NCBI GenBank assembly: GCA_043821445.1 | Contig: JBDRCT010000034.1 | Location: 2,210 to 66,209, forward strand | Direction: 5' to 3' | From: Candidatus Omnitrophota bacterium | Lineage (GTDB): Bacteria > Omnitrophota > Omnitrophia > Omnitrophales > Aquincolibacteriaceae | DNA: 64,000 nucleotides | Shown here: positions 8,774-18,291 of the stretch, one piece after another | Layout of the letters: each line of letters starts with the position of its first letter | Numbering within the stretch: position 1 is the stretch's first letter | Notes under the pieces: generated by a model | Database searches by the model: none | The model's input: only the letters and a program-made list of their open reading frames with translations | What the model was told of the DNA's origin: nothing | Position numbers and translations under genes: made by a program

Positions 8774-9943
8774 CTAGCGAGGAAGATAATTTTCGAACTG
8801 GTCGCCTTCCAAAGCAAGCTGAGCGCGGATCTTCTTAAGCACCGTGTTCTCGATCTGCCGGATACGCTCCCGCGTGACATTGAAATGGTGAGCAACCTCC
8901 GCCAACGTATGCGGGTCATGATGGACCAGCCCGAACCGGCGCTCCAGGACCTCGCGCTCCCGGTCATCCAGGACCCCCAGCAGCTTGCGGATCCGGTCGC
9001 TTTTAAGCATTTCCCCGACCTGCGAGTCCGGATTGCGCTCTTTGTCGTCTTCGAGCAGATCGATCAGTTCGGCCTTGCCGTCGAGGCTAAGCGGCGCATT
9101 GAGCGAACTCGGACGGTTTACGATACTCTCGATCTTTTTGACTTTCGAGGTGGGGATCTCAAGGACTTTTGCGATCTCGCGTCTCGTCGGCGCCCGGCTG
9201 AGACGCTGCGTTAAAGCATCCCGGATCCGTCTCCACTTGGAAATGATGTCATACATATAAACCGGGATACGGATCGTCTTCCCATGATTGGAAAGAGAGC
9301 GCATCATGCCCTGCTTGATCCACCAAGAGGCATACGTGGAAAAACGGTAGCCCCTTTTCGGATCGAATTTTTCCACCGCGCGCATGAGACCGATGTTGCC
9401 TTCTTCCACAAGATCCGAGAAAGCAAGCCCCATGTGGGCATAGCGTTTCGCAAGCGCGATCACCAAACGAAGATTCGAGCGGATCATCCGCTGCCGTGCC
9501 TCTTCGCTCCGCGCGCCGCCCGCCTGGACTTTTTGTCCTAAGGAAATCTCTTCTTCAGGGGTCAGGAGCGGGATATGCTCGATCTGGTCGAGATAAATCC
9601 TCATCGCCGTGCGGTCAAGGGTTTGATCCGTTGCGTCATCCGCATGGACATCGAGCTCTTCGTCTTCACGTTCACGTTTTCGGCGATCGAGGGTCCCATC
9701 AACTTTGAGGATATCCTCCGCCTCTTTCTGAAGCTCTCTTTCACGGCGCAGAAGCGCCTCTGTCTCTTCGAGGGAAGTGGGAAGAGCTTTCGGAGAATTT
9801 TTCTTGGACCTTGAGGGCTTACGGACGTGAGAAACCGGACGGGAACGCTCGAGGCGCCTCCGCCCGGTTTTTTTCTTGAAATGTTCCGGCTTCGTCCTGC
9901 GACCTGGACGAGCTTTCTTTTTTTTATTTTTTTTACCTGCCAT
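8774..9943 (-). CDS. RNA polymerase sigma-70 factor, RpoD/RpoS family, with a basic N-terminal extension
   Basis: Region 1.2 (MRIYLDQIEHIPLLTPEEE), region 2 (NLRLVIALAKRY..EGNIGLMRAVEKFD..FSTYASWWIKQ), region 4 (VTRERIRQIE). Start set at ATG 9943, after the ppdK stop. Confidence 0.92.
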   Translation of the reverse strand: MAGKKNKKKKARPGRRTKPEHFKKKTGRRRLERSRPVSHVRKPSRSKKNSPKALPTSLEETEALLRRERELQKEAEDILKVDGTLDRRKREREDEELDVHADDATDQTLDRTAMRIYLDQIEHIPLLTPEEEISLGQKVQAGGARSEEARQRMIRSNLRLVIALAKRYAHMGLAFSDLVEEGNIGLMRAVEKFDPKRGYRFSTYASWWIKQGMMRSLSNHGKTIRIPVYMYDIISKWRRIRDALTQRLSRAPTRREIAKVLEIPTSKVKKIESIVNRPSSLNAPLSLDGKAELIDLLEDDKERNPDSQVGEMLKSDRIRKLLGVLDDREREVLERRFGLVHHDPHTLAEVAHHFNVTRERIRQIENTVLKKIRAQLALEGDQFENYLPR

Positions 9944-10008
9944 AAGATCAAGGTTCCTGCGCTCCGCCGACGGCGAAGTACAGGAAAAGCTCCTAAGGGA
10001 ACGCTGGC

Positions 10009-12693
10009 CTATTTCTTCTGACGCAATACCGCTTGAGCTGCCGCGAGCCTCGCGATCGGAACGCGATAGGGCGAGCAACTGACATAATTCATCCCCACCC
10101 TGTTGCAGAGAGCGATCGAACTTGGATCGCCGCCATGTTCGCCGCAAATGCCGATCTTCAAACCCTTCTTCGTTTTACGGCCTTTTTCCACGGCAAGTTG
10201 AATCAAATATCCGACACCTTCTTCGTCAATCGACTGGAACACGTCTTTCTCGTAAATGCCCTGATCAAGATAGGCCCCCATAAAGGAACTGGAATCGTCG
10301 CGAGAAAAACCGAGTGTCATCTGCGTAAGGTCGTTCGTGCCGAATGAGAAAAATTCGGCGACCTCCGCAATGCGGTCCGCCGTGAGTGCCGCTCGAGGCA
10401 CTTCGATCATGGTCCCGATCATATATTCGACTTTGGTCCCCTTTTCCGTGAAAACCTTGTTGATGGTCTCGATGGAAAGGTCCCTCAGGATCTCGAGTTC
10501 CCTCTTGGTCCCGACGAGCGGGATCATGATCTCGGGAACGATCTTCATGCCTTTTTTCTTCAAGTTGCAAGCCGCCTCAATGATGGCACGGACCTGCATA
10601 GCATAGATCTCGGGGTACGTGATCCCGAGACGACAGCCTCGATGGCCGAGCATCGGGTTGAATTCATGAAGCGCTTCGACCTTCTTCTTAACGATCTCGA
10701 CGGATACCTTCATGACGTCCGCCATTTCCTGCTGGTTGGCGGCTTCCTGAGGAAGGAATTCGTGAAGCGGTGGGTCCAAAAGACGGATCGTCACGGGAAA
10801 ACCTTTCATCGCCTCGAAGATCCTTTCAAAGTCCCCGCGCTGCATCGGCAGAAGTTTCGCCAGAGCCTTCTCACGGCCGACTTTATCGTCCGCGAGGATC
10901 ATCTCACGGACCGCGATGATGCGATCGCCTTCAAAGAACATGTGCTCCGTACGGCAAAGTCCGATCCCTTCGGCGCCAAAACGGCGGGCCACTTCCGCAT
11001 CGTGGGGGGTATCCCCATTGGTGCGAACTTTGAGCTTACGGGTCTCATCGGCCCACTTCATCAGGGTCGCAAAATCACCGGAAAGTCTGGATTCGATGGT
11101 ACTGAGTTTGCCGAGATAGACTTGACCGAGACTGCCGTCGAGAGAAATAAACTCTCCTTCTTGCACGACCACTTTTCCGGCCGTGAACTGACGGGCCTTA
11201 TAATCGATCTGGATGTCCGTGACACCGGCCACACAGCATTTCCCCATTCCGCGAGCCACGACAGCCGCGTGCGAGGTCATGCCACCGCGCGCCGTTAGGA
11301 TACCTTTCGCGACATGCATGCCGCCAATATCCTCCGGCGAGGTCTCGATACGAACCAGGATCACCACCTCGCCCTTTTTTGCCCAAGCTTCGGCGTCCTC
11401 GGCCGTAAACACCACTTTACCGGTCGCGGCGCCCGGAGACGCGGGCAGTCCCTTAGCGATGACCTCTTTTTTCTGTTTCGGATCAAACGTCGGATGAAGC
11501 AACTGATCCAGCTGTTTGGGATCTATTCTCAAAAGAGCCTGACCCCGGGTCAGCGCTTTTTCTTTGACAAGTTCAACCGCAACACGAACGGCCGCCGCGG
11601 CAGTCCGTTTGCCGTTCCGGGTCTGAAGGATATAGAGCTTCCCTTCCTGAATCGTGAATTCAATGTCCTGCATGTCTTTGTAATGTTTTTCAAGACGCAG
11701 ACGGAGAGAATTAAGCTGTTTGTAAACTGCCGGCCATTTCTGGGCAAGCACTTCGATCGGCTCCGGCGTGCGGATACCGGCCACGACATCTTCTCCTTGG
11801 GCATTGATCAAATATTCGCCGTAGAATTTGTTCTCACCGGTCGAAGGGTTGCGCGTGAAGCAAACACCGGTTCCGGAAGTCTCTCCCATATTGCCGAACA
11901 CCATGGCCTGAATGTTCACGGCTGTGCCAAGAAGACCGCGGATCTCATTGATCTGGCGGTACTTGATCGCGCGGGGATTGTTCCATGAATTGAAGACCGC
12001 GTTTGTGGCTTTGACAAGCTGCTCGAACGGATCTTGAGGGAATTCTTCTTTCGTATGGTCTAAGTAGATCTTCTTGTACTGGCGGACCACATCCTTCAAA
12101 TCATTGGCATTGAGCTCAGTGTCGGATTTTGCACCGACCTGCTGCTTTTTCTTTTCAAGCACATGCTCAAAATCATCATGCGGTACCTCCATCACAACGT
12201 CCCCGAACATTTGGATGAAACGGCGATAGGAATCCCACGCAAAACGCTCATTCTCAGTCTTCACAATCAACCCCTGCACCACCTCCGAGTTAAGCCCGAG
12301 ATTGAGCACGGTGTCCATCATGCCAGGCATGGAAGCCGCGGCGCCCGAGCGAATGGAAACGAGGAGGGGATTATTCCGGTTACCGAGCTTGAGGCCCATG
12401 GCTTTTTCGAGTTTGGCGACATTCTCGCGGACTTGCTCCTCAAGACCCGCAGGCCATTTCTTGCCGTTTTTATTATAAAGATCGCATGTTTCGGTCGTGA
12501 TCGTAAAACCGGCCGGAACGGGAATGCCGATATTCGTCATTTCGGCGAGGTTCGCGCCTTTGCCGCCCAGAAGATCTTTCATCTTGGCGTCCCCTTCAGC
12601 CTTGCCATTGCCAAAAAAATAAACGTATTTCGAGCACTTGGATTTGGATTTAGACTTGGATTTCGAGGATCTCCTGCATGTTGCGGTACTCAT
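10009..12693 (-). CDS. ppdK: Pyruvate phosphate dikinase
   Basis: LLGGKGANLAEM, RSGAAASMPGMMDTVLNLG, GGMTSHAAVVARG, FSFGTNDLTQ, GICGEHGGDP. Confidence 0.98.
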   Translation of the reverse strand: MSTATCRRSSKSKSKSKSKCSKYVYFFGNGKAEGDAKMKDLLGGKGANLAEMTNIGIPVPAGFTITTETCDLYNKNGKKWPAGLEEQVRENVAKLEKAMGLKLGNRNNPLLVSIRSGAAASMPGMMDTVLNLGLNSEVVQGLIVKTENERFAWDSYRRFIQMFGDVVMEVPHDDFEHVLEKKKQQVGAKSDTELNANDLKDVVRQYKKIYLDHTKEEFPQDPFEQLVKATNAVFNSWNNPRAIKYRQINEIRGLLGTAVNIQAMVFGNMGETSGTGVCFTRNPSTGENKFYGEYLINAQGEDVVAGIRTPEPIEVLAQKWPAVYKQLNSLRLRLEKHYKDMQDIEFTIQEGKLYILQTRNGKRTAAAAVRVAVELVKEKALTRGQALLRIDPKQLDQLLHPTFDPKQKKEVIAKGLPASPGAATGKVVFTAEDAEAWAKKGEVVILVRIETSPEDIGGMHVAKGILTARGGMTSHAAVVARGMGKCCVAGVTDIQIDYKARQFTAGKVVVQEGEFISLDGSLGQVYLGKLSTIESRLSGDFATLMKWADETRKLKVRTNGDTPHDAEVARRFGAEGIGLCRTEHMFFEGDRIIAVREMILADDKVGREKALAKLLPMQRGDFERIFEAMKGFPVTIRLLDPPLHEFLPQEAANQQEMADVMKVSVEIVKKKVEALHEFNPMLGHRGCRLGITYPEIYAMQVRAIIEAACNLKKKGMKIVPEIMIPLVGTKRELEILRDLSIETINKVFTEKGTKVEYMIGTMIEVPRAALTADRIAEVAEFFSFGTNDLTQMTLGFSRDDSSSFMGAYLDQGIYEKDVFQSIDEEGVGYLIQLAVEKGRKTKKGLKIGICGEHGGDPSSIALCNRVGMNYVSCSPYRVPIARLAAAQAVLRQKK

Positions 12694-12784
12694 AATTGCT
12701 CCTTTTTAATTCTTGTTGATTTTTGATGGATTACGATTAAAAAATAACCCTCCGAAGGACCTTCAGGGGTCTTAAAAGAGGTTT

Positions 12785-12870
12785 GGTCCCGATACATATC
12801 AATTTCAACGAAGTTGAAATTGGGGCCCTCCATGTCAATATCCTGGAAATGAAGCTTCAGACAAGGACGG
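12785..12870 (+). repeat. 86-bp two-hairpin dispersed repeat, copy 1 (glyS-ppdK intergenic)
   Basis: GGTCCC-GATACATAT-CAATTTCAACGAAGTTGAAATTG-GGGCCCTCCATGTC...GACAAGGACGG. Confidence 0.8.
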
Positions 12871-12886
12871 AAGAGCGCGGATTATA

Positions 12887-14992
12887 TCACTCTTCGTCGA
12901 TTCTGGAAAGTGCCGAAAGATCGGCGATCTTTGCCGTATAAAGACGATTGATCTTTGCGACAAGCGCCATCCGATTCTCACGCAAAACCGCGTCCTCCGC
13001 ATTCACCAGAACATGGTCAAAGAAATCGTCCAGAGGCCCTGCAAAAAGATCCGCAAAAAGCCGCGTCGCTTTTTCATATGCCTCCGTTTCGAGAAACCCG
13101 ATAACGTCTTTTGCTCTCGTGTAAAATAATTCAAAAAGCCTCTTCTCCCCGGCCTCGATCAAAAGTCCCTCTTTCGGTTCCCCGGGCATTTTGCCATAAC
13201 CTTTCAATATGTTCGCCGTTCGCTGGACCACCTTGGCCGCCTTGATCAGGATTTTCTGATCCATTCCGGTCAGGACATCAAACCTTTTAAACGCGCCCGA
13301 GATATCCTCAAAGGAAGATCGCATGACCGCCTGAAGAACCTCAAAAGGCCGCGTGCCGGGTTTGACGCTCAATTCAAACGACACACGCTCCTGAAGAAAT
13401 TTTAAAAATCTCGGCTTCAAGTCTTCTTTCTCGGTCAATTTGTTGCCGTACCATTTCATATTCGTCTCGAGAACCTGCTCCAGCGAAAAGGAGATCCCAA
13501 ATGCCCGAACAAGCTTTACCACAATGCCACCGGCCCGGCGCAACGCAAAGGGATCCTGACTTCCCGTGGGTTCAATCCCTGAGCCCAGGGCCCCGATCAA
13601 AAGGTCGAGGCGATCCATGACCCCGAAGAGTGCTCCGAGGAGGCTCATGGATTTTTTGACCTTCACGTGATCTTCCGTCAGGTTCTTGGGCAGGTATTGA
13701 GTACCGATCGCTAAGGCCACTTCGTTTTTTTCTCCGGCCTCAAGGGCATATTCCCGGCCCACGATCCCTTGAAGATCCGGCATTTCATAAACCAAATGGG
13801 TCGCAAGATCGATCTTGGAAAGCGCGGCAACGCGCGCGAGGTCCCGCGCAAGCTCTTTTTGCCCTACCGCTACGGCGAACTCCGCGGCCATCTTTTCAAG
13901 TCTCTTGGTCTTGTCGAGGACCGAGCCAAGCTTGCCAAGGTAAACGAGTTCGGCGAGTTTCGGCTTTTTCTTTTCGAAGGTTTCGCGCGTGTCCATTTCA
14001 TAAAAATAACGGGCGTCCTTGAGCCGCGAGTCCAGAACATTTTCATAATCCGAACGGATCTTGGAAAGGCCCTTGTGCTTGCCGTTCATCACGGCTACAA
14101 ACCGGTTCTTCATCTTTCCTTTGGCGTCACAACAGGCAAAAACTTTCTGGTTCTTTTTCATGCAACTTGCGAGCACTTCCGCGGGAAGCTCGAGATATTC
14201 CTGCGAGAAGGTCCCCTCCAAAAAGAACGGCTCTTCCACAAGCTGGGCGTTCACGTGCGCCAATTCTTTGTCACTTTGTTTTTGTCCGAAGCGGTTTTTG
14301 AGGGCCCCGCGAATCAAGGCCTCACGCGTTCCGATCGGCAGATAAACATGTTTCTTTTTCAAAAGCGCGACATAAGCTTTCCAATCGGCTTTCGGGATCG
14401 TGAAACTTTGAGGCGAAAGAAAACGGTGGCCAAAGCTTTTATTGCCGGACTTTACATCCGCAAGCACAAGCGGCACCTTTTTGGTGTTCATCAGAACGAC
14501 CAGCCACCGGATGGGACGAGGGAAACGGAACCCCGACGCTTCCCAGCGCATGAGTTTAGGAAAGGAAAGTGAAGCAAGAAGCCCCTTGATCAGATCCGGA
14601 AGAAGGGTCGAAACGGCCCCGCCCTTTTCTTTTTTCCTCAGGAGGATGAACTTCCCCTTGGGGGTGTCCCGGATCTTGATATCTTTTTCGGTAGCCTGTT
14701 TGCTTTTGAGGAAACCCTGCAACACCATCGTGGATTTCCCCTGAGCATCATAGCATTTCTCATGGGAAGGACCCGATATCTCGAGCTCCCGGTCAGGCTG
14801 CACCGCGGCAATACCTTGGACAAAAAGCGCGATGCGGCGCGGCGTTGCTTCGACTTTCACATCCTCGAAAGCGATGCGTTCATCCACAAGCTTTTGATGC
14901 GTTCTCACGACCAACTCGTCATAAATAACATCCAAACTTCCGACGGGCAGCTCTTCAACACCGATCTCGATCAATAAATTAGGCACGGTCAT
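12887..14992 (-). CDS. glyS: Glycine--tRNA ligase beta subunit
   Basis: [45 protein letters not shown]. Confidence 0.96.
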   Translation of the reverse strand: MTVPNLLIEIGVEELPVGSLDVIYDELVVRTHQKLVDERIAFEDVKVEATPRRIALFVQGIAAVQPDRELEISGPSHEKCYDAQGKSTMVLQGFLKSKQATEKDIKIRDTPKGKFILLRKKEKGGAVSTLLPDLIKGLLASLSFPKLMRWEASGFRFPRPIRWLVVLMNTKKVPLVLADVKSGNKSFGHRFLSPQSFTIPKADWKAYVALLKKKHVYLPIGTREALIRGALKNRFGQKQSDKELAHVNAQLVEEPFFLEGTFSQEYLELPAEVLASCMKKNQKVFACCDAKGKMKNRFVAVMNGKHKGLSKIRSDYENVLDSRLKDARYFYEMDTRETFEKKKPKLAELVYLGKLGSVLDKTKRLEKMAAEFAVAVGQKELARDLARVAALSKIDLATHLVYEMPDLQGIVGREYALEAGEKNEVALAIGTQYLPKNLTEDHVKVKKSMSLLGALFGVMDRLDLLIGALGSGIEPTGSQDPFALRRAGGIVVKLVRAFGISFSLEQVLETNMKWYGNKLTEKEDLKPRFLKFLQERVSFELSVKPGTRPFEVLQAVMRSSFEDISGAFKRFDVLTGMDQKILIKAAKVVQRTANILKGYGKMPGEPKEGLLIEAGEKRLFELFYTRAKDVIGFLETEAYEKATRLFADLFAGPLDDFFDHVLVNAEDAVLRENRMALVAKINRLYTAKIADLSALSRIDEE

Positions 14993-15876
14993 TTCTTCTT
15001 TCCGATAAGTGGAAAATCCTGCGCCTTGCGGCTTTCAAGATACCCTTCCGCGCAACGGCGGGCCAAAGCCCGGACGCGAGCGACGTAGCGGGGCCGTTCG
15101 TTCACGCTTACGGCACCACGCGCGTCCAGAAGATTGAAAATATGCGAGGTCTTGAGGCAGCAATCATAAGCCGGCAGGACCATCCCGCCTTCGAGCAAGC
15201 GTTCGGCCTGTTTTTCATAATCTTCGAAATGGCGGCGATAGATCTCGGGATCTGATCCCTCGAAATTGAATTTTGAGAATTCCCGCTCCCCTTGCAAATG
15301 GACGTCGCCATAGGTGACCTTGTCATTCCACCGGATGTCAAAAAGAGACTCTTTCTGCTGGAGGAACATGGCGATGCGCTCAAGGCCATAGGTGATCTCG
15401 CAAGAGATCACATCGAGATCGATCGAACCACATTGTTGAAAATAAGTAAATTGTGTGATCTCGAGACTGTCGAGCCATACCTCCCAGCCAAGGCCCCACG
15501 CGCCAAGTGTCGGAGATTCCCAATCGTCCTCTACAAAACGGATGTCGTGGGAAAGCGGGTCAATGCCGACCGCTCGAAGGCTATTCAGATAAAGCTCTTG
15601 GGGATCTCCCGGGGACGGCTTCAAAATAACCTGGTATTGATAATAATGCTGGGTCCTGTGCGGATTCTCGCCGTAGCGACCATCCGTGGGCCTACGGGAG
15701 GGCTCGACATAGGCGGCTTTCCAGGGCTCGGGACCCAGGGCCCGGAGAAATGTATGGGGGGAAAAAGTGCCGGCGCCAACTTCGATATCATAAGGCTGCA
15801 TCACGAGACAGCCCTGCCTCGCCCAATAGTCATTCAGTTTTTGTATTAACTCCTGGAACGTCAAAGGTTTAGGCAT
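14989..15876 (-). CDS. glyQ: Glycine--tRNA ligase alpha subunit
   Basis: [52 protein letters not shown]. Confidence 0.98.
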   Translation of the reverse strand: MPKPLTFQELIQKLNDYWARQGCLVMQPYDIEVGAGTFSPHTFLRALGPEPWKAAYVEPSRRPTDGRYGENPHRTQHYYQYQVILKPSPGDPQELYLNSLRAVGIDPLSHDIRFVEDDWESPTLGAWGLGWEVWLDSLEITQFTYFQQCGSIDLDVISCEITYGLERIAMFLQQKESLFDIRWNDKVTYGDVHLQGEREFSKFNFEGSDPEIYRRHFEDYEKQAERLLEGGMVLPAYDCCLKTSHIFNLLDARGAVSVNERPRYVARVRALARRCAEGYLESRKAQDFPLIGKKK

Positions 15877-15930
15877 CGCCTTCCCTGAAAGGTCTTTAGC
15901 GGGTTAAAAACACTTCTTCAAAGAGGCGGC

Positions 15931-15959
15931 ATTGTAACAAAAACCCACTGACGAATCAA
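15931..15959 (-). promoter_or_regulatory. Putative sigma-70 promoter of glyQS
   Basis: Minus strand TTGATT-17 bp-TACAAT with a TG extension. Confidence 0.55.
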
Positions 15960-15977
15960 GTTACGGAAGGAAAAACG

Positions 15978-16304
15978 TCAGGGACGGTGATGCCGGGCTT
16001 GTAGCTCCTCCAAGACCTTCAGAACTTCCTGCCGTTCGCGCCGGAGAGGATCGGCCTGAAGGGCGACAAGTGTCAAAAGCTCGCGGAGCAATTCCTGGGC
16101 CGAGATCAAGCGATCCGTTTCCATCTCCGCTTGCTCAATCGTTGCATAAAGAATGGATTTCACGGCGTGGATCTTTTCGTAGTCATGCGACACGTCATTC
16201 TCACGAAGCAGCTGCTGGGTCCTGTTCATCGCTTTCGCAAGGCATCGCCGATAACCGCTTTCCTTGTTTTCTGTTTGTTCATGTTCGACATTTCTCATTT
16301 TCAT
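15978..16304 (-). CDS. Hypothetical all-helical protein (108 aa)
   Basis: ORF fills the gap between the structured region and the glyQ promoter; GGAG just before the ATG; no recognisable family. Confidence 0.55.
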   Translation of the reverse strand: MKMRNVEHEQTENKESGYRRCLAKAMNRTQQLLRENDVSHDYEKIHAVKSILYATIEQAEMETDRLISAQELLRELLTLVALQADPLRRERQEVLKVLEELQARHHRP

Positions 16305-16306
16305 GC

Positions 16307-16508
16307 TCCGGAACCACTGAAGGAACAGTCCTGGCTTTCGTTTTCTTTCGATCTACGACCGTCAGGACCGTCCCTTCGTTTACCCCGTAGCACCGTTAAA
16401 CATGTCCCACTCCTTATGGAAACTCTTCGAGAACATTCCCCAGGTTGATCCGTTCCCATACGCCTTATTTAACGGTTGCTTACGGGGCAAGCGGGTCTCA
16501 AGCTCCGG
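16307..16508 (-). ncRNA. Candidate structured RNA or leader (multi-stem; contains one hairpin-B repeat module)
   Basis: Closing stem CCGGAGC/GTTCCGG; ~25-bp stem 16377-16493 with inner stem TATGGGAAC/GTTTCCATA; 17-bp stem 16319-16377. Most non-Watson-Crick pairs are G-U on the minus strand. Confidence 0.45.
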
Positions 16509-16510
16509 TA

Positions 16511-16852
16511 TTAGACCGTCACTTGATCTTTAATGCGTTGCAGCTTGTTGCCGCCGATCCCCTGGACCTGATTCAGATCATCGATCGATTTGAACATACC
16601 GTTCTTATCGCGATGTTCAATGATCCGCTTGGCCATCACGGGACCGATCCCACGGACTTTGACCAACTCCTCCGTGGTGGCCTTATTGACATTCACCATC
16701 ACCGTGGGCTGCGGCTGACCTTGAAGCTGCAAAGTCGCCTTGGGTTGGCCGGCTAGCACTTTCTCTGCGGCGATCATGGAAAGACCCCCGAAGAAAAACG
16801 TAGTGATAACCAGCACCCCCAATGCGCGTTTCACTTCTGCTCTGTACATCAT
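16511..16852 (-). CDS. comEA: ComEA-family helix-hairpin-helix DNA-binding protein
   Basis: Signal/TM, then VNVNKATTEELVKVRGIGPVMAKRIIEHR..G.FKSIDDL..VQGIG. Confidence 0.88.
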   Translation of the reverse strand: MMYRAEVKRALGVLVITTFFFGGLSMIAAEKVLAGQPKATLQLQGQPQPTVMVNVNKATTEELVKVRGIGPVMAKRIIEHRDKNGMFKSIDDLNQVQGIGGNKLQRIKDQVTV

Positions 16853-16882
16853 TGTGACACCTCCGTTTTTGACGTTAGCGGG

Positions 16883-16993
16883 AGGGTAACATAAATATGA
16901 TTATATGTCAATATCTTATTTAATAAAATGCATAAGTTATTTTATTCATTATTATTATATTCTCCTTGACGAACGAGGCCCTACCGCTAAAAT
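16883..16993. promoter_or_regulatory. Divergent promoters with AT-rich operator-like palindromes
   Basis: Minus strand TTGACA-17-TACCCT (16911-16883); plus strand TTGACG-16-TAAAAT (16966-16993); palindrome AATAAAAT-N9-ATTTTATT at 16922-16946. Confidence 0.55.
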
Positions 16994-17554
16994 ATGCTCA
17001 TGTTGAAGAATTTAGGACAACGCATACGAACGCTTCGCAGGGAAAGAGGTCTCACCTTAGTCGAGATCTCCCAGAAGACCGGTATCGCCCAAGCCACTCT
17101 TTCCCGCATCGAAACCGGCACCATGATCGGAACGGTTGAGAGCCACGAAAAGATCGCCGAGACGCTCGGCATTGGATTGTCCGATCTTTATACGGGGGTC
17201 GACCGTCGCTACGAACAGATCAGCCATCAAGCCAAGGAAGCACGCACGGCCACGCACCATACCAAAGACGTTCATGTAGAAGTACTTACGCAAGAAAGCT
17301 CCAAAAAGAAGATCACCCCCCTCCTCCTGACCCTCCAGGGAGGCGGTAAGACAGAGAAGGAGCACAACGAACGCGGGGTAGAAAAATTCGCCTGGGTCCT
17401 TGACGGGCACGTCAAGATCAAGCTCGAGAATCAGGAATACGACCTCAGCGCGCAGGAAACCCTCTACTTCGACGCCTCTTTCCCCCATCAGATCGCCAAT
17501 GAAGGCCAGAAGACCGCCAAGGTCTTTATCGCCGTTTCACCCTCTAAGATCTAA
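16994..17554 (+). CDS. XRE-family HTH regulator with C-terminal cupin domain
   Basis: LGQRIRTLRRERGLTLVEISQKTGIAQATLSRIETG; cupin EKFAWVLDG..LYFDASFPHQIAN. The true start may be ATG 17000. Confidence 0.92.
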   Translation: MLMLKNLGQRIRTLRRERGLTLVEISQKTGIAQATLSRIETGTMIGTVESHEKIAETLGIGLSDLYTGVDRRYEQISHQAKEARTATHHTKDVHVEVLTQESSKKKITPLLLTLQGGGKTEKEHNERGVEKFAWVLDGHVKIKLENQEYDLSAQETLYFDASFPHQIANEGQKTAKVFIAVSPSKI

Positions 17555-17646
17555 TCACCTGCCCTCGTTATTGCAACTTCCACCGTCTTGCCTCGCAAAG
17601 CAAAACAACTTAGAAAAGTAATCTCAACAGCAGGACTTGCAATTCC

Positions 17647-17973
17647 CTAAAAAACGGCCGCTTCTTTTGAGATCCAATCCAGATAGGATCTGCTGCCTTG
17701 AGTAATAGGCAAACAAATGATCTCGGGAATTTCGTAGGGGTGATTTTTAAGGAGAGTCTTTTCGAGTTTTTTGTAATTCGATACCTGAGTCTTGATAAGG
17801 AGAAGAACTTCCTTGGAAGTTTCTTTCCTGCCACGCCAGCGGTAATGGGATTCAAGGCCGGGAAGGATCTGGACGCAGGCCGCAAGCCGTCTAGAAACTA
17901 AAAGGCCCGCGAGGGTGCGGGCCTTTTTAATGCTGGGAACGGTGTTGAGAACGCAACAATACTTCGCGCTCAC
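17647..17973 (-). CDS. cutA: Divalent-cation tolerance protein CutA
   Basis: RLAACVQI..SHYRWRG..E..LLIKT..HPYEIPEII..YLDWI. Confidence 0.93.
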   Translation of the reverse strand: MSAKYCCVLNTVPSIKKARTLAGLLVSRRLAACVQILPGLESHYRWRGRKETSKEVLLLIKTQVSNYKKLEKTLLKNHPYEIPEIICLPITQGSRSYLDWISKEAAVF

Positions 17974-17976
17974 AAA

Positions 17977-18180
17977 CTATTTTCGATTGAGCGTCGCCGA
18001 ATAACCGCTTTCGGGAGCCCCCAAAGTGATATGACCTTCGCGCGCAAGCCATCCGAGGCTCATCAACACAAGTTCGTGAGGGCGCTTTAAACTTTTGGTA
18101 AGTTCATCCGCAGTAGCATTTTTTTTATCGTCAAGGAAATGCCAAATCTCTCCGGCGACAATTCCAATTTCCATGATCAT
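17977..18180 (-). CDS. Small winged-helix protein (DUF2582-like)
   Basis: IGIVAGEIWHFL...LGWLAREGHI signature; paralog at 39550-39768. Confidence 0.8.
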   Translation of the reverse strand: MIMEIGIVAGEIWHFLDDKKNATADELTKSLKRPHELVLMSLGWLAREGHITLGAPESGYSATLNRK

Positions 18181-18291
18181 GGGGGGACTCCTTTTGAGAC
18201 TGAATTTACATCAAATGGCGTGCACAATATAGCAAGAAACGATTCCATTTAAAAGAACTTTATTGTTTCCCCCTTGAGCAACCGATCACAC

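Noticed and set aside
12630-12670. SKSKSKSK repeat at the PpdK N-terminus
   Set aside because: Degenerate hexamer codons in a basic tail; no sign of a contingency locus.
16307-16508. Cobalamin riboswitch or SRP RNA assignment for the structured region
   Set aside because: AAGCCAGGA and GCCCCG..AAC resemble B12-element fragments, but the order and the GGGAA and AGACCT elements do not fit; the SRP helix-8 motif is absent.
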